Shown piece by piece: positions 35,643 through 46,213 of a stretch of 64,000 bases of DNA; the first letter of the stretch is position 1; every line of letters starts with the position of its first letter. A program made the translations under genes and the position numbers. The stretch is from positions 3-64,002 of the forward strand of contig NZ_JAUSBX010000107.1 of NCBI RefSeq assembly GCF_030651835.1, in the 5' to 3' direction. Below the pieces are notes generated by a model that ran no database searches, was not told where the DNA came from, and was given only the letters and a program-made list of their open reading frames with translations. The DNA is from Methylicorpusculum sp. Its GTDB lineage: Bacteria; Pseudomonadota; Gammaproteobacteria; Methylococcales; Methylomonadaceae.

Positions 35643-36445
35643 TAAGCTCCCCCTTTTCTGGTCATCATGCCTTTTGATGGATTATAGCCAAAAATTGCCG
35701 CAATCATAAAAATGACGAAAGCAACCGATACGTAAATAAAAGCTTCAAGATTGAATTGACCGTAGAGTGCAAAACGAATCAGTTCAACTGCTTGGGAAAA
35801 AGGATTGTAGTATGCCAAGGTATACAGTAATTCGCTAGATTCCTTGAGTTTCCAGAGGGGATAAAGCGCTGTAGATAGAAAAAACAGGGGGAAAATGACA
35901 AAATTCATCACCCCGGCAAAGTTTTCCAATTGCCTGATAAAGGAAGAAAGCAATAATCCCAAAGCTCCCAGCATCATTCCCGCCATTAATAAAGCCGGCA
36001 ACACCCAAAGATAACCCTCCAATGGCGCTTCAATTTCATAAAACCAGGCTATCAGAAGAAAAACATAGGCTTGCAAGACCGAAACAGCCGTTCCCGCGAT
36101 CAATTTGCTGGTTAACAAGAACCATCGCGGCAAGGGCGAGACCATAAGTATACGCATGCTGCCCATTTCCCGATCATACACCATGGATAACGAACTCTGC
36201 ATGCCGTTAAATAGTTGAATCATGCCGATTAAACCCGGCGTGATATAAACTTCATACAAAATATAGGTTTCGTAAGGCGGTGATATGGCGAGTCCCAAAG
36301 CTGAACGAAAACCTGCTGCAAACACAAAAAGCCAAATCAACGGCCGCACAAGAGCGGAAATAAATCGTTCTTTCTGCTTAAGGAAACGCCATAACTCCCG
36401 CCAGATAATCCCCCACATGGCTCTCCAGAAATGGAGTAATTTCAT
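35642..36445 (-). CDS. ABC-2 permease, PQQ/alcohol-oxidation-associated (PedC/LutF-like)
   Basis: RLVRP-like SALVRPLIW, YITPGL, SMVYDREMGSMR, NFAGVMNFVIFP. Confidence 0.82.
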   Translation of the reverse strand: MKLLHFWRAMWGIIWRELWRFLKQKERFISALVRPLIWLFVFAAGFRSALGLAISPPYETYILYEVYITPGLIGMIQLFNGMQSSLSMVYDREMGSMRILMVSPLPRWFLLTSKLIAGTAVSVLQAYVFLLIAWFYEIEAPLEGYLWVLPALLMAGMMLGALGLLLSSFIRQLENFAGVMNFVIFPLFFLSTALYPLWKLKESSELLYTLAYYNPFSQAVELIRFALYGQFNLEAFIYVSVAFVIFMIAAIFGYNPSKGMMTRKGGA

Positions 36446-37179
36446 GATGCTTCTCCTTGAGTCAGCGCATAAAAAGCCTTGTTAACGGTATCAGCCGATG
36501 TTGTTTTAAGTACCTCTTCAACGCTACCTTGAGCCCGAATAATGCCTTTATGCAAGATCACCAAACGATCTTGAGGATAAATTTCGTCCGTCAGATGGCT
36601 CGCCCATAAAACGGCGATATTGCCATCAACCGCTAACTGATGCACGTAATCGACAATAGCCTGACGACTGGGTATGTCCAGGCCTACTGTAGGTTCATCC
36701 AGCAGCAGCACAGAAGGCTTATGCAGTAAAGCTCTGGCAATTTCAACCCGGCGCCTGTGACCACCATTCAATTGCCGAACTGATTCAAAACGGCGCTCAA
36801 ACATGTTTAAGCGTTCCAGTTCCTCTTGAATCCGCGATGCCGCTGCTTTTCGGCTTAAACCGTGTAAAGCGCAGTGGTAGCGCAGATTCTGGATAACCGA
36901 CAAATCCATATCCAGCGTCGTCTGCTGAAAAACGACCCCTAACCGGGCTAAAGCCTGGGTACTCTGTTTTTTGATGTCAAAACCGGCAAGCGAAATACGT
37001 CCGTGATGACTGTCATAGAGGCGGGTAATCAAGGAAAAAAGCGTGCTCTTCCCTGCTCCATTAGGACCCAGCAGCAAGGTGCATTCGCCTGAATTAACCG
37101 TGAAGCTGACTTGATCCAACGCGGGCTTATTTCCGTAAGCAAAACTTAAATTCTGAATTGTCAAGGCGGGTGAATTCAT
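36442..37179 (-). CDS. ABC ATP-binding protein (PedB/LutE-like)
   Basis: GPNGAGKS, LNGGH signature variant, LLLDEPTVGLD. Confidence 0.88.
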   Translation of the reverse strand: MNSPALTIQNLSFAYGNKPALDQVSFTVNSGECTLLLGPNGAGKSTLFSLITRLYDSHHGRISLAGFDIKKQSTQALARLGVVFQQTTLDMDLSVIQNLRYHCALHGLSRKAAASRIQEELERLNMFERRFESVRQLNGGHRRRVEIARALLHKPSVLLLDEPTVGLDIPSRQAIVDYVHQLAVDGNIAVLWASHLTDEIYPQDRLVILHKGIIRAQGSVEEVLKTTSADTVNKAFYALTQGEAS

Positions 37180-38138
37180 GGTTTTGATACCACTCCCCAG
37201 GGATAGCGCCCTACACCGATAGATTTAGTCACTTTGTGATTATCCAGATCAATAATGGAGACATCATTGCTGAGGCCATTCGTTGTATAAAGTCTTTTTT
37301 GATCCGGTGAAAACGCCAGATTCCATACTCGTTGTCCCACCAACAAGTATTTTTCAACTTCAAAGGTTTTTGCATTGATCACGGCAACCCGGTTGGCCGG
37401 TCCCATGGCAACATAAGCCCAACGCTGATCTTTATCTATAGCAACACCTACGGGCTGAATAGTGTCATCGGTAACCCCTTGAACGGATAGTTTAATTTTT
37501 TTTATGATTTGCCGGGTTTTGGCATCAAGAACAGTGACTGTTCCCGCCATTTCGGATGTCACCCATAAAAACTGACTGTCTGAGGTAAAACTCAGCGCCC
37601 TGGGTCTTGGATCCACCAACGTGTTATCACTGATTGTCAGTGTTTTAGCATCTATCCAATGCAGCATATTGGTTGCCTCAGTCGCACTGACAACCCACTG
37701 GCCATCAGGGCTTGCAGCAATTCCTTCAGGTTCCACGCCAACCGGTATTTGTTGAAGCGCTTGTTTTGTCGCGATGTCGATCACAGTGACGGTATTGTCG
37801 TCTTCATTTGAAGCGAAAAGCCGTTTACCATCGGGCGTGAGTGCAAAAGTTTCCGGGTCTTCACCGGAAGGAAGCCTGCCAATCTCAAGCAGCGTTTCTG
37901 AGTCAATTACTTTGATGGTATTGTCGTCACTGGTTGCTACAAACAGATATTTATAATCATGGCTGATTGCAATACCCCTTGGCCGCTGACCTACAGGAGC
38001 GGTTTTAAGCAGAGTACCTGCGATGGGGTCGACAACAGCAATTGCATTATCTTTTTCCAAAGTCACATATACCGTCTCGGCATGGGCGGCCCAACTCAAC
38101 GCGGCAAGTAGACCCGCGCTTATCATCCAAACATTCAT
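37176..38138 (-). CDS. YVTN beta-propeller protein, PQQ-dependent catabolism-associated (PedA2-like)
   Basis: Signal peptide; repeats VGQRPRG, GEDPE, VGVEPEG, VGQRVW, VGRYPWG. Confidence 0.82.
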   Translation of the reverse strand: MNVWMISAGLLAALSWAAHAETVYVTLEKDNAIAVVDPIAGTLLKTAPVGQRPRGIAISHDYKYLFVATSDDNTIKVIDSETLLEIGRLPSGEDPETFALTPDGKRLFASNEDDNTVTVIDIATKQALQQIPVGVEPEGIAASPDGQWVVSATEATNMLHWIDAKTLTISDNTLVDPRPRALSFTSDSQFLWVTSEMAGTVTVLDAKTRQIIKKIKLSVQGVTDDTIQPVGVAIDKDQRWAYVAMGPANRVAVINAKTFEVEKYLLVGQRVWNLAFSPDQKRLYTTNGLSNDVSIIDLDNHKVTKSIGVGRYPWGVVSKP

Positions 38139-38148
38139 TAATGTAGCC

Positions 38149-39312
38149 TCATTTACAAAGTGATTCAGGTTGATCGAAACCCAAGGTATCCAATTCTGTT
38201 TTAGGGTGTAAAAAGCCCTCTATCGGAGCAACAGCGACCAGTGAGCGTGGTGCAGCCAGTAAAACAGGCTGCCGCATCTGGCCATCCCAAACCCGAAAGG
38301 ATAGCGGTTTGCCTTTATAGCCCTGCAGAGCAAAGTCTTTACTCAGCATATAGGCTTTGATATCAGCCAAATTGACGGAACCGGTCCGCGTTGCCGCTTC
38401 ACCTATGGCTCTTACGGCAATGTAAGCGCCATAATCGGCTTCTTCCATCCAGCGGCCTATTTTATCTTTGAAGCGGTTTTGCATTTGTATCGCGCCCCAT
38501 TGCTCATGCGTTTTGTGCCATGCAGTTGCAATAAGACCCTGTGTTCCGATTACCGGCCTGGGAATCCAGGTGCGATAATCCAAATACTCGCCGAATGCAC
38601 CTTGTTCATCGGCAACAATCAAAACATCATAATCCCCGGCTTGCGTAAATGTTGGAATATCAGACTGTTCAGTTTTACGGGCATCGAAGGTATGTTCCCA
38701 TTTTTTTTCAGCTGTTATCTTGATCCCAAAACGTTTTGCCGAACGTTTAATTGCTGCCGCATAAAGTTCGTCTTCTTTTGCAGGTCCGACGACCAGGAAC
38801 CACTTTGACCAACGCTTTTTCATCATGTATTGCGCAAGAGCATCTGCTCGCATTGCGCGACTGGGGAGAATAAACAAAACTTGCGGCAAGCATTTTGCTC
38901 TTAAAGCGTCGTCCGAAGTATTTGCATCAAAAATGAGCATCTGATCCGGCTTAGCCAGTTCACTGATTTTTTCTAATTCAGCAGCAGGTAAATTAGAAAT
39001 GACAAATGCGTATTTATTGAGAACTTTATCTTTAAATAGCTGATAAGTGTCGCCCTGAACAGGAACGGCTATCTCATCTATTGCATAGACTTGTCCTGTG
39101 AATCGGCCGGTTGTATTGTTATCGGCCACACCGAGTTGCGCACCTGGAAAGCCTTTATCTTTAATAAAGGGATCAAGATTGGACAGTGACTGCGGAGGGG
39201 CAAGATCTTGACTGAAATAGGCAATTTTGATCTCTTTTTCATTTGCCGCACCGGCTAAACCAACCCAACATAAATAAAGAAAAAGTACTCTCAAAATAAA
39301 AGAATAAGCCAT
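38149..39312 (-). CDS. ABC substrate-binding protein (PedA1/LutA-like)
   Basis: GAQLGVADNNTTGRF, PSRAMRADALAQY, YKGKPLSFRVWDGQMRQP, LDTLGFD. Confidence 0.8.
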   Translation of the reverse strand: MAYSFILRVLFLYLCWVGLAGAANEKEIKIAYFSQDLAPPQSLSNLDPFIKDKGFPGAQLGVADNNTTGRFTGQVYAIDEIAVPVQGDTYQLFKDKVLNKYAFVISNLPAAELEKISELAKPDQMLIFDANTSDDALRAKCLPQVLFILPSRAMRADALAQYMMKKRWSKWFLVVGPAKEDELYAAAIKRSAKRFGIKITAEKKWEHTFDARKTEQSDIPTFTQAGDYDVLIVADEQGAFGEYLDYRTWIPRPVIGTQGLIATAWHKTHEQWGAIQMQNRFKDKIGRWMEEADYGAYIAVRAIGEAATRTGSVNLADIKAYMLSKDFALQGYKGKPLSFRVWDGQMRQPVLLAAPRSLVAVAPIEGFLHPKTELDTLGFDQPESLCK

Positions 39313-39541
39313 GATTTATTCCTGGAATTCTGTCAAAAATAAGGGGTGGTTAAGGCGAATTTTTGTAAGCTTACCCAACAACCTGGGCGTGTAAAAACTT
39401 AACTCAGACTCGTTTCAGTATGCTTGAAAAAATCGGAGGATAATAATACTTTGCTTAAGCATTGTAACGTAATCGACTAAAAACAAGTTTATTTCCCGAA
39501 AAGCAGTTAACCAGATTAAAGCAAGATAACAGGCAATTGGG

Positions 39542-39703
39542 CAGCAATTCCCAGTTTGATATTTTCAGCGTCACTTTGAACAGGGAAAAGCCTTTCGGGG
39601 AACGCCGTAAACCCCTCTTTGGGGGCTTGACGACAGCATCCCTGTTGCCGACATCATCGAAAAGCTTCTCCCAACCCTTTTTTCTTCAAATTGAGAATTG
39701 CTG
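39542..39703 (-). mobile_element. MITE-like repeat family 1
   Basis: TIRs cagcaattcccagtttga / tcaaattgagaattgctg; core as at 5389 and 34111. Confidence 0.82.
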
Positions 39704-39943
39704 GGCAATCGGATGTCTTGACTTTTCTGCTACCAAAACATAAAGCCTGCTTTCGTGAGTTTATTTAAAACCAATATTTCAATGCAATAACCAACAAAAG
39801 CCAATTATATTACGCTACGGCTGTTAAATCAGCCCTTATCCATAAAGCTTTGTGATTGAAAAGAAATAATTTTATTTTGACCGTTTCACTATTTCTTTGA
39901 TTCTACGATAATTAACAATAAAGAAAATTTAAGGAATACCCTA

Positions 39944-40339
39944 ATGCCGTCAACCCCGAGTAAAGATGTTGATGACCCAATACCCTATGCCGACGATCTG
40001 GTTCATTCCAATAGAAGAAAATCAGTGCGTTATGTCCGCAATGACGTTCAAACCACACTCTTGATCCGAAATTTTATGGGCTTAAAAAGCTCAATGGACG
40101 TCAAGCTTTTCGATATAAGTAGCCGAGGTGTAAACATTGCATCGGCAAAAAGGCTAAAAATCGGAAAACCCGTCTGCCTGATTTTTAGATTCGAGGACGG
40201 TATGGAATTTAAAATTAATGCATTTATTAGAAATTGCTGCATCAAATCAGAATACCAATACGGAATCCAGTTCGAAAAACAAGAAAATAATTTGGCTGAT
40301 CATTTACTTAAGACTCAAGTAGATCTAGTATTCAAATAG
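39944..40339 (+). CDS. PilZ-domain protein
   Basis: NRRKSVR (RxxxR) and DISSRG (DxSxxG) motifs, YGIQF. Confidence 0.8.
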   Translation: MPSTPSKDVDDPIPYADDLVHSNRRKSVRYVRNDVQTTLLIRNFMGLKSSMDVKLFDISSRGVNIASAKRLKIGKPVCLIFRFEDGMEFKINAFIRNCCIKSEYQYGIQFEKQENNLADHLLKTQVDLVFK

Positions 40340-40385
40340 ATAAAATTAATTTCATCATCTTTTACGATCCAACCAGGAAAAAGTC

Positions 40386-40718
40386 ATGGAAACCTCCGCT
40401 ATTAACTCATCCCAATCAGCCCCCCCATTGACAGCCTCCAAAGCAAACTTTCAGACAACACCGACGGCAATGGAAAAAGAGGACAGGCCAATCCGGACTG
40501 AATCTGAAAATAAAGTCAAACTGTCTGATGATGCGGTCAAATTATCCAGGCAGTTTCAAAAAAACGAAACCGAACAGACAAAAACTCAAATTTCTAACAA
40601 CGAGGAAGCCCAGGCTACAATCAATGACATTAAAATTGCCATGCAGAATGATCCGGGCCGCTCTTTTTCAGCTCAAAGCAACTTTACCTCAAATATGGTA
40701 AAAAGCCTGACCGGTTAA
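40386..40718 (+). CDS. Hypothetical protein with FlgM-like and flagellin-C-terminus-like segments
   Basis: Low-complexity N-terminus, KVKLSDDAVKLS, C-terminal AQSNFTSNMVKSLTG. Confidence 0.55.
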   Translation: METSAINSSQSAPPLTASKANFQTTPTAMEKEDRPIRTESENKVKLSDDAVKLSRQFQKNETEQTKTQISNNEEAQATINDIKIAMQNDPGRSFSAQSNFTSNMVKSLTG

Positions 40719-40731
40719 TCAGTCAACTGCT

Positions 40732-41550
40732 ATGCATCTCAAGTCAATTTATGTCTATCCGGTTAAATCACTAAGCGGTTTTAGCGTCAAATCCTGGCCG
40801 GTTAACGAAAAAGGATTGTTGCACGACAGAAGATGGATGATAGTTGATACGGAAAACCGTTTTATTACGCAACGGCAATTTCCAAAAATGTCATTAATCA
40901 GTACGTCATTATCCAAAGAAGGGTTGCATCTTTCGGCGGCCTCCATGCCACCCATCACCGTCCCTTTTGAATCCGATCCTACGGCTACTTTCAATGTTGA
41001 AATCTGGAATGACAGTTGCTCAGCCAAGCCCGCATCTGAAACAGCCAACAACTGGCTAAGCACGTTTTTAGAAACTGATTGCCGTTTAGTCTATCAACCC
41101 GAGGATGCAGTTCGTGTTGTTGATCCAGACTACGGAAAACCAAAAGACAAAATATACTTTTCAGACGGATTTCCTTTTTTAATCATTTCAGAAGCTTCAC
41201 TTGCAGCCTTAAATCAGGAAATGAACGAAACCTTTTCAATGACTCGCTTTAGGCCGAATCTTGTAGTAACTGATTGCGAGCCTTATGCAGAAGACACTTG
41301 GCGAACCATTCGAATTGGTGCAATTGACTTTCGGCTACCTAAACCCTGTTCTCGCTGTTCCATCACTACGATTGATCCATCAACCGGACAACAAGGTAAA
41401 GAACCGCTAGCCACACTAAATCGAACCAGAAAATGGAATAAACAAGTCTTTTTTGGTCAAAATGCACTTCATGATAAGACCGGCGAATTGCACATTGATG
41501 ACGCGTTAATTGTCCTGACTCAAGGACCAAAACAACCCCCGCTCATATAA
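40732..41550 (+). CDS. MOSC domain protein (YcbX-like)
   Basis: YPVKSLSG, DRRWM, FSDGFPFL, RFRPNLVV, KPCSRC. Confidence 0.9.
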   Translation: MHLKSIYVYPVKSLSGFSVKSWPVNEKGLLHDRRWMIVDTENRFITQRQFPKMSLISTSLSKEGLHLSAASMPPITVPFESDPTATFNVEIWNDSCSAKPASETANNWLSTFLETDCRLVYQPEDAVRVVDPDYGKPKDKIYFSDGFPFLIISEASLAALNQEMNETFSMTRFRPNLVVTDCEPYAEDTWRTIRIGAIDFRLPKPCSRCSITTIDPSTGQQGKEPLATLNRTRKWNKQVFFGQNALHDKTGELHIDDALIVLTQGPKQPPLI

Positions 41551-41654
41551 ATCAGCTCGCTAGTCAAGGCTTACAAACCTTCTTAATACGGGCTTCAAGC
41601 TATTCCGTTGCGCCAATCCTGCAAATCCTTTTATCAAGCCATCTCACCCTCCTA

Positions 41655-43487
41655 ATGCAAAACATTCTGCTCATCCTCGGCGTCCCCTTACTAATTTATG
41701 GCTTTTGGCTCAGTAAAGACTTTACAGGTATTGCCGCAGGTATTTCGATTTTTTTATTTGGCATGCTGGCCCTGGAACAAGGGTTTAACGCATTTACCGG
41801 CGGCACACTGGAACGCATTCTAAGAAAAACCACCCGGACAAATTGGCGGAGCCTATGGTTCGGGATTCTTGCAACGTCGTTAATGCAATCCAGTTCGTTG
41901 GTCTCTATCATCACCATTTCATTTATCAGTGCCGGACTGCTTGAACTCGCTGCGGGTATAGGCGTTATCTTTGGTGCAAATCTGGGCACGTCTACAGGAG
42001 CCTGGCTGATTGCAGGCTTTGGACTTAAAGTAAATCTATCTGAATACGCCCTGCCGCTGTTAGTCTTCGGCATTCTGTTTATTTTTCAAGGCCATAAAAA
42101 AATAAAAGGTCTGGGTTATATTCTGGCAGGCCTGGGCTTTTTATTCCTTGGCATTCACTATATGAAAGAAAGTTTTGAAGCCATCAAGGAGACCCTTGAT
42201 CTGGTTGAATACGCCATACCTGGAATTCGTGGCTTACTGATTTATACCCTGATGGGCTTTGCAGCGACCATCATCATGCAGTCCAGTCACGCGACGATGG
42301 TTTTGATTATCACCGCACTAGCCGCTCACCAAATAACGTATGAAAATGCCTTGGCCTTGGCGATAGGATCCAATGTTGGAACAACGGTAACCGCAATATT
42401 GGGATCGCTGGGCGCCAATGTGGAAGGAAAACGGCTTGCGGCGGCCCATTTTTTATTTAATATGGTTACCGGTTTACTTGCGCTTGCTCTGATCAAGTAC
42501 TTTGAGGTCTGCGTTGATTGGGTTGCACAGATTTTAACCATTGCAGATGATAACTACACGCTTAAGCTGGCTATTTTTCATAGTTTATTTAATCTGCTTG
42601 GCATCATGGTGTTGTTTCCGTTTATCGACAAATTGGTTAAAGTGCTGGAGAAAACCATTAAACCGGCCAAATCCAATATTTTTAAGCCCAAATATTTAAA
42701 CAACTCCGCCGCTGGATTTCCCGAAACTTTTGTCGAATCGGTCAGACTGGAAACCATCCATCTTTATGAAAACGCCATCCACATTGTGCTCAAAACGTTT
42801 GGCTTACACCGGCGGGACATACTCGACAATGACTTGCTTTGGGCTGCATTGCAAAAAGAAAGCACCCGCTCTTATTACGATATCGATGGGGGCTATGAAA
42901 AACGTATCAAAGGTATCTTCAGCGCAATTATTGAATTTATAAGTCAAGCCACGTTCAGCCGTGAACTGGAACAATCATCCAAACTCTATTGGCTCAGGAA
43001 TTCGGGCCGTCATATTGTCGAAGCGATCAAAGATACCAAACACCTACAAAAAAACTGGATTCGTTACGGTCGCTCACCATCAACAGAAGCTCGGCATGAA
43101 TATCAAAAAATAGCGTTTCAGATTGCGTTAATGATCAGGGAAATCGAACAATTCAGGCAGAAAATAGATCAAAATGAACTGCCTCTGCTGTCGCTGGATT
43201 CATTAAAATCAAAAATAGAAGACGATGACCTGCAAGTGACCCGCCAAATAGAAAAGCTTATCAGAGAGAAAAAAATCACCTCTCAGACCGGCTCCTCTCT
43301 GATCAATGATAGCGCTTACATGTACAGCATTAAGTCAAATCTTGTAAAAGCTGCGGAGACTTTATTTCTGCATAAAAGCCCACAAATGTTCCGCCCCGAA
43401 CTCAAATTGACTTTGGATGACTCGGAAATAAAACAGGTAATAGAAAAAATCAACCCCGCTTACGGACAAAATTCCGATATCAACTGA
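41655..43487 (+). CDS. Na/Pi cotransporter family protein (NptA/YjbB-like)
   Basis: Duplicated QSSS/QSSH motifs, GANLGT and GSNVGT, C-terminal PhoU-like helices. Confidence 0.88.
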   Translation: MQNILLILGVPLLIYGFWLSKDFTGIAAGISIFLFGMLALEQGFNAFTGGTLERILRKTTRTNWRSLWFGILATSLMQSSSLVSIITISFISAGLLELAAGIGVIFGANLGTSTGAWLIAGFGLKVNLSEYALPLLVFGILFIFQGHKKIKGLGYILAGLGFLFLGIHYMKESFEAIKETLDLVEYAIPGIRGLLIYTLMGFAATIIMQSSHATMVLIITALAAHQITYENALALAIGSNVGTTVTAILGSLGANVEGKRLAAAHFLFNMVTGLLALALIKYFEVCVDWVAQILTIADDNYTLKLAIFHSLFNLLGIMVLFPFIDKLVKVLEKTIKPAKSNIFKPKYLNNSAAGFPETFVESVRLETIHLYENAIHIVLKTFGLHRRDILDNDLLWAALQKESTRSYYDIDGGYEKRIKGIFSAIIEFISQATFSRELEQSSKLYWLRNSGRHIVEAIKDTKHLQKNWIRYGRSPSTEARHEYQKIAFQIALMIREIEQFRQKIDQNELPLLSLDSLKSKIEDDDLQVTRQIEKLIREKKITSQTGSSLINDSAYMYSIKSNLVKAAETLFLHKSPQMFRPELKLTLDDSEIKQVIEKINPAYGQNSDIN

Positions 43488-43530
43488 TCCAATAGCCTTT
43501 CTTGCCCCGACTAAGATAGAGTCTTTAAAG

Positions 43531-43794
43531 ATGAACATAATCAAATTAGTAAGCAAGTTACAGCGTTTTTTCCGGCCCGAGCTAAAAAAAAATAAAGCTC
43601 ACGCCAAAGAGTTGCAAAACATATTGGATAAACTAAAAAAGAAACAACAGGCACTTGAAAATGAGATCCTGCTGAACCAGGATCCTGAACTGATAAAGCT
43701 TTTTCAGACAGAACTTGAAATCATCCGAATGCAACACCAAAAAGGAATCGCCGCATTGCATGAAATTTATCAAAACATTAAAAGCCTGAGCTGA
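43531..43794 (+). CDS. Small coiled-coil hypothetical protein
   Basis: 87-aa helical ORF directly after the Na/Pi transporter. Confidence 0.55.
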   Translation: MNIIKLVSKLQRFFRPELKKNKAHAKELQNILDKLKKKQQALENEILLNQDPELIKLFQTELEIIRMQHQKGIAALHEIYQNIKSLS

Positions 43795-43819
43795 TAATCT
43801 GCATAAAATAGCAATATTT

Positions 43820-44004
43820 TAGGAGCGAGCATGAAACAACTGCTTCAAAAACTGGAAGGGGTTCGGTGGCTCGATTGACAGGTGTCGGCGTCAGGGATTG
43901 ACGCAGTCAAGCCTACACGGACGTATTCACGGCGTCCTGTCAGGCGAGTGACCGAACCTCACAAACAGTCCTGCTTGTAGAGGTTATTTTGTGTTTAGTT
44001 CTTA
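43820..44004 (+). repeat. MITE-like repeat family 3 with GGA-hairpin core
   Basis: Close match to 45992-46178. Hairpins GCGUC-AGGGAU-UGACGC and UAC-ACGGAC-GUA; imperfect terminal inverted arms. Confidence 0.82.
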
Positions 44005-44263
44005 GAATCAGAATGATCAATTAAGATATGGCAAGCATCTTGATTGACTTTTAACTCAGGCTCTTCAAAATGCAAGTTCTGTCGGCCTTTAGCAAATTCA
44101 CGGCCTTTAACGCTTGTCTTTACGCAGTAGGCTTATTACAGTAGTATTTTGCCAACCTTAAGAATGTTGCTACGTTCTAAAAACCGGACCTGTGCGGCTT
44201 TAAGCTGACTCATTTCACAACTCAACCGCGTTAAAATTTAACGCATTCAATGTAATAAACCCC

Positions 44264-45925
44264 ATGTCAACAAACGAAATTCAAACGGCTTCAAATTTTA
44301 TCCGTCACATCATCAACAATGATCTGAAACAAAACAAGAACAATGGCCGGGTAGCCACCCGGTTTCCTCCCGAACCCAACGGTTATCTGCATATTGGTCA
44401 TGCCAAATCGATTTGCCTGAATTTCGGGACAGCGGCTGAGTATCAGGGTACCTGCAACCTGCGTTTTGATGACACGAACCCTGAAAAAGAAAGCATCGAG
44501 TATATGGAATCCATAGAAAGAGATGTCAAATGGCTGGGTTTTGAATGGCGCGAATTAAGACACGCTTCGGATTATTTCGAACAACTTTACCAGTTTGCAG
44601 TCGATCTGATTAAACAGGGTAAAGCCTACGTTGACAGCTTGTCGCCCGAAGAAATAAGACAATATCGGGGTACGCTTACTGAACCCGGCAAAGAGAGCCC
44701 GGATAGAAGCCGCAGCATCGAAGAAAACTTACGACTGTTCGAAGGGATGCGAAATGGCGATTTTGCTGATGGTCAGTATGTGCTGCGGGCAAAAATCGAC
44801 ATGGCTTCACCGAACATCAACATGCGCGATCCTGCCATTTACCGGATCCGCCGCGCACACCACCATCGAACCGGCGATCAGTGGTGTATTTATCCGATGT
44901 ATGATTACACCCACTGTATTTCCGATGCACTGGAGAACATCACTCATTCATTGTGTACACTGGAATTTGAAGACCATCGCCCTCTGTATGACTGGGTCCT
45001 GGACCAACTCGATGTGCCCTGCCATCCACAACAAATTGAATTTGCGCGCCTGCAACTGGAATACAGTATTGTCAGCAAACGCAAACTCAATCAACTGGTT
45101 ATGGAAAAACATGTCGATGGTTGGGATGATCCACGCATGCCCACCCTTGCGGGCCTGAGACGAGCCGGTGTTACCCCCAATGCCATTCGCGATTTTTGCG
45201 AACGTATCGGTATCACCAAAAAAGACTCCTGGATTGAAATGGCTGTACTTGAAAACAGCATTCGTGAAGATCTGAACGAAAACTCACCCAGAGCCATGGC
45301 GGTCTTGAAACCACTTAGAATCGTTATCGAGAATTATCCTGACGATCAGGTCGAGTCGCTTGAGATCAGCAACCATCCGCAACACCCGGAAATGGGCTCA
45401 CGCAATATTCAGTTTTCAAAAACCGTACTGATTGAACAAGATGATTTTGCCGAAGTGCCGCCATCAGGATTCAAGCGTTTGATCAAGGGTGGCGAAGTGC
45501 GTTTACGCGGGGCTTATGTCATTAAATGCAATGAAATCATCAAAAATGAACACGGTAACATCGTTGAACTCCGTTGCACCTACGATCCTGATACGCTTGG
45601 CAAAAATCCTGAAGGCCGAAAGGTAAAAGGCGTTATTCATTGGGTATCCGAACAGCACTCGGTACCGGCTGAATTACGTTTGTACGATAGGCTGTTCAAT
45701 CATCCCAACCCGGATACATTAAGCAACTTCCTGGATGCGCTGAATCCACATTCACTTGAAGTACTAAACGATTGTCGCGTGGAATACAGCCTGGCATCAT
45801 CGGGACCCGGCAGCCGTTTTCAGTTTGAACGCATGGGTTATTTTTGCCGCGACCTTCATGATACCGACAAAGGCGTCATGGTGTTTAACCGGACGGTGAC
45901 TCTCAGAGATACCTGGGGAAAATAG
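44264..45925 (+). CDS. glnS: Glutaminyl-tRNA synthetase
   Basis: [15 protein letters not shown] (HIGH), [22 protein letters not shown]. Confidence 0.97.
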   Translation: MSTNEIQTASNFIRHIINNDLKQNKNNGRVATRFPPEPNGYLHIGHAKSICLNFGTAAEYQGTCNLRFDDTNPEKESIEYMESIERDVKWLGFEWRELRHASDYFEQLYQFAVDLIKQGKAYVDSLSPEEIRQYRGTLTEPGKESPDRSRSIEENLRLFEGMRNGDFADGQYVLRAKIDMASPNINMRDPAIYRIRRAHHHRTGDQWCIYPMYDYTHCISDALENITHSLCTLEFEDHRPLYDWVLDQLDVPCHPQQIEFARLQLEYSIVSKRKLNQLVMEKHVDGWDDPRMPTLAGLRRAGVTPNAIRDFCERIGITKKDSWIEMAVLENSIREDLNENSPRAMAVLKPLRIVIENYPDDQVESLEISNHPQHPEMGSRNIQFSKTVLIEQDDFAEVPPSGFKRLIKGGEVRLRGAYVIKCNEIIKNEHGNIVELRCTYDPDTLGKNPEGRKVKGVIHWVSEQHSVPAELRLYDRLFNHPNPDTLSNFLDALNPHSLEVLNDCRVEYSLASSGPGSRFQFERMGYFCRDLHDTDKGVMVFNRTVTLRDTWGK

Positions 45926-45991
45926 CTTCTGACGGGGTTACGGCTATGTCTTATCAACCAGCCGGGTTGATGTCTGTAGCCCTAACCCTGA

Positions 45992-46178
45992 CTAAGGAAC
46001 GGGCATGAAACAACTTATTCAAAGACTGTAAGGGGTTCGGAGGCTCGATTGACAGGTGTCGGCGTCAGGGATTGCCGCCGTCAAGTCTACACGGACGCAT
46101 TCACGGCGTCCCGTCAGGCGAGTCACCGAACCCCACAAACAGTTCTGCTTGTGGAAGTTATTTCATGCTTATTCCTAA
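45992..46178 (+). repeat. MITE-like repeat family 3
   Basis: Direct-repeat partner of 43820-44004; arms gcatgaaacaac / gttatttcatgc. Confidence 0.82.
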
Positions 46179-46213
46179 GCCAATCTGATCAAAAACATCC
46201 AGTTTCCTGAGTA

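Noticed and set aside
5389-39703. Target-site duplications for family-1 MITEs
   Set aside because: The flanks of the three copies show no consistent duplication, so the mobilising transposase family cannot be assigned.
39880-40380. Sigma-28 promoters upstream of the pilZ and flagellin-like genes
   Set aside because: Only partial matches (TACGATAA, TACGATCC) without a convincing -35 at the right spacing.
43584-43592. A9 tract as a phase-variation site
   Set aside because: It encodes Lys codons in an AT-rich small gene; poly-A runs of this length are common here.
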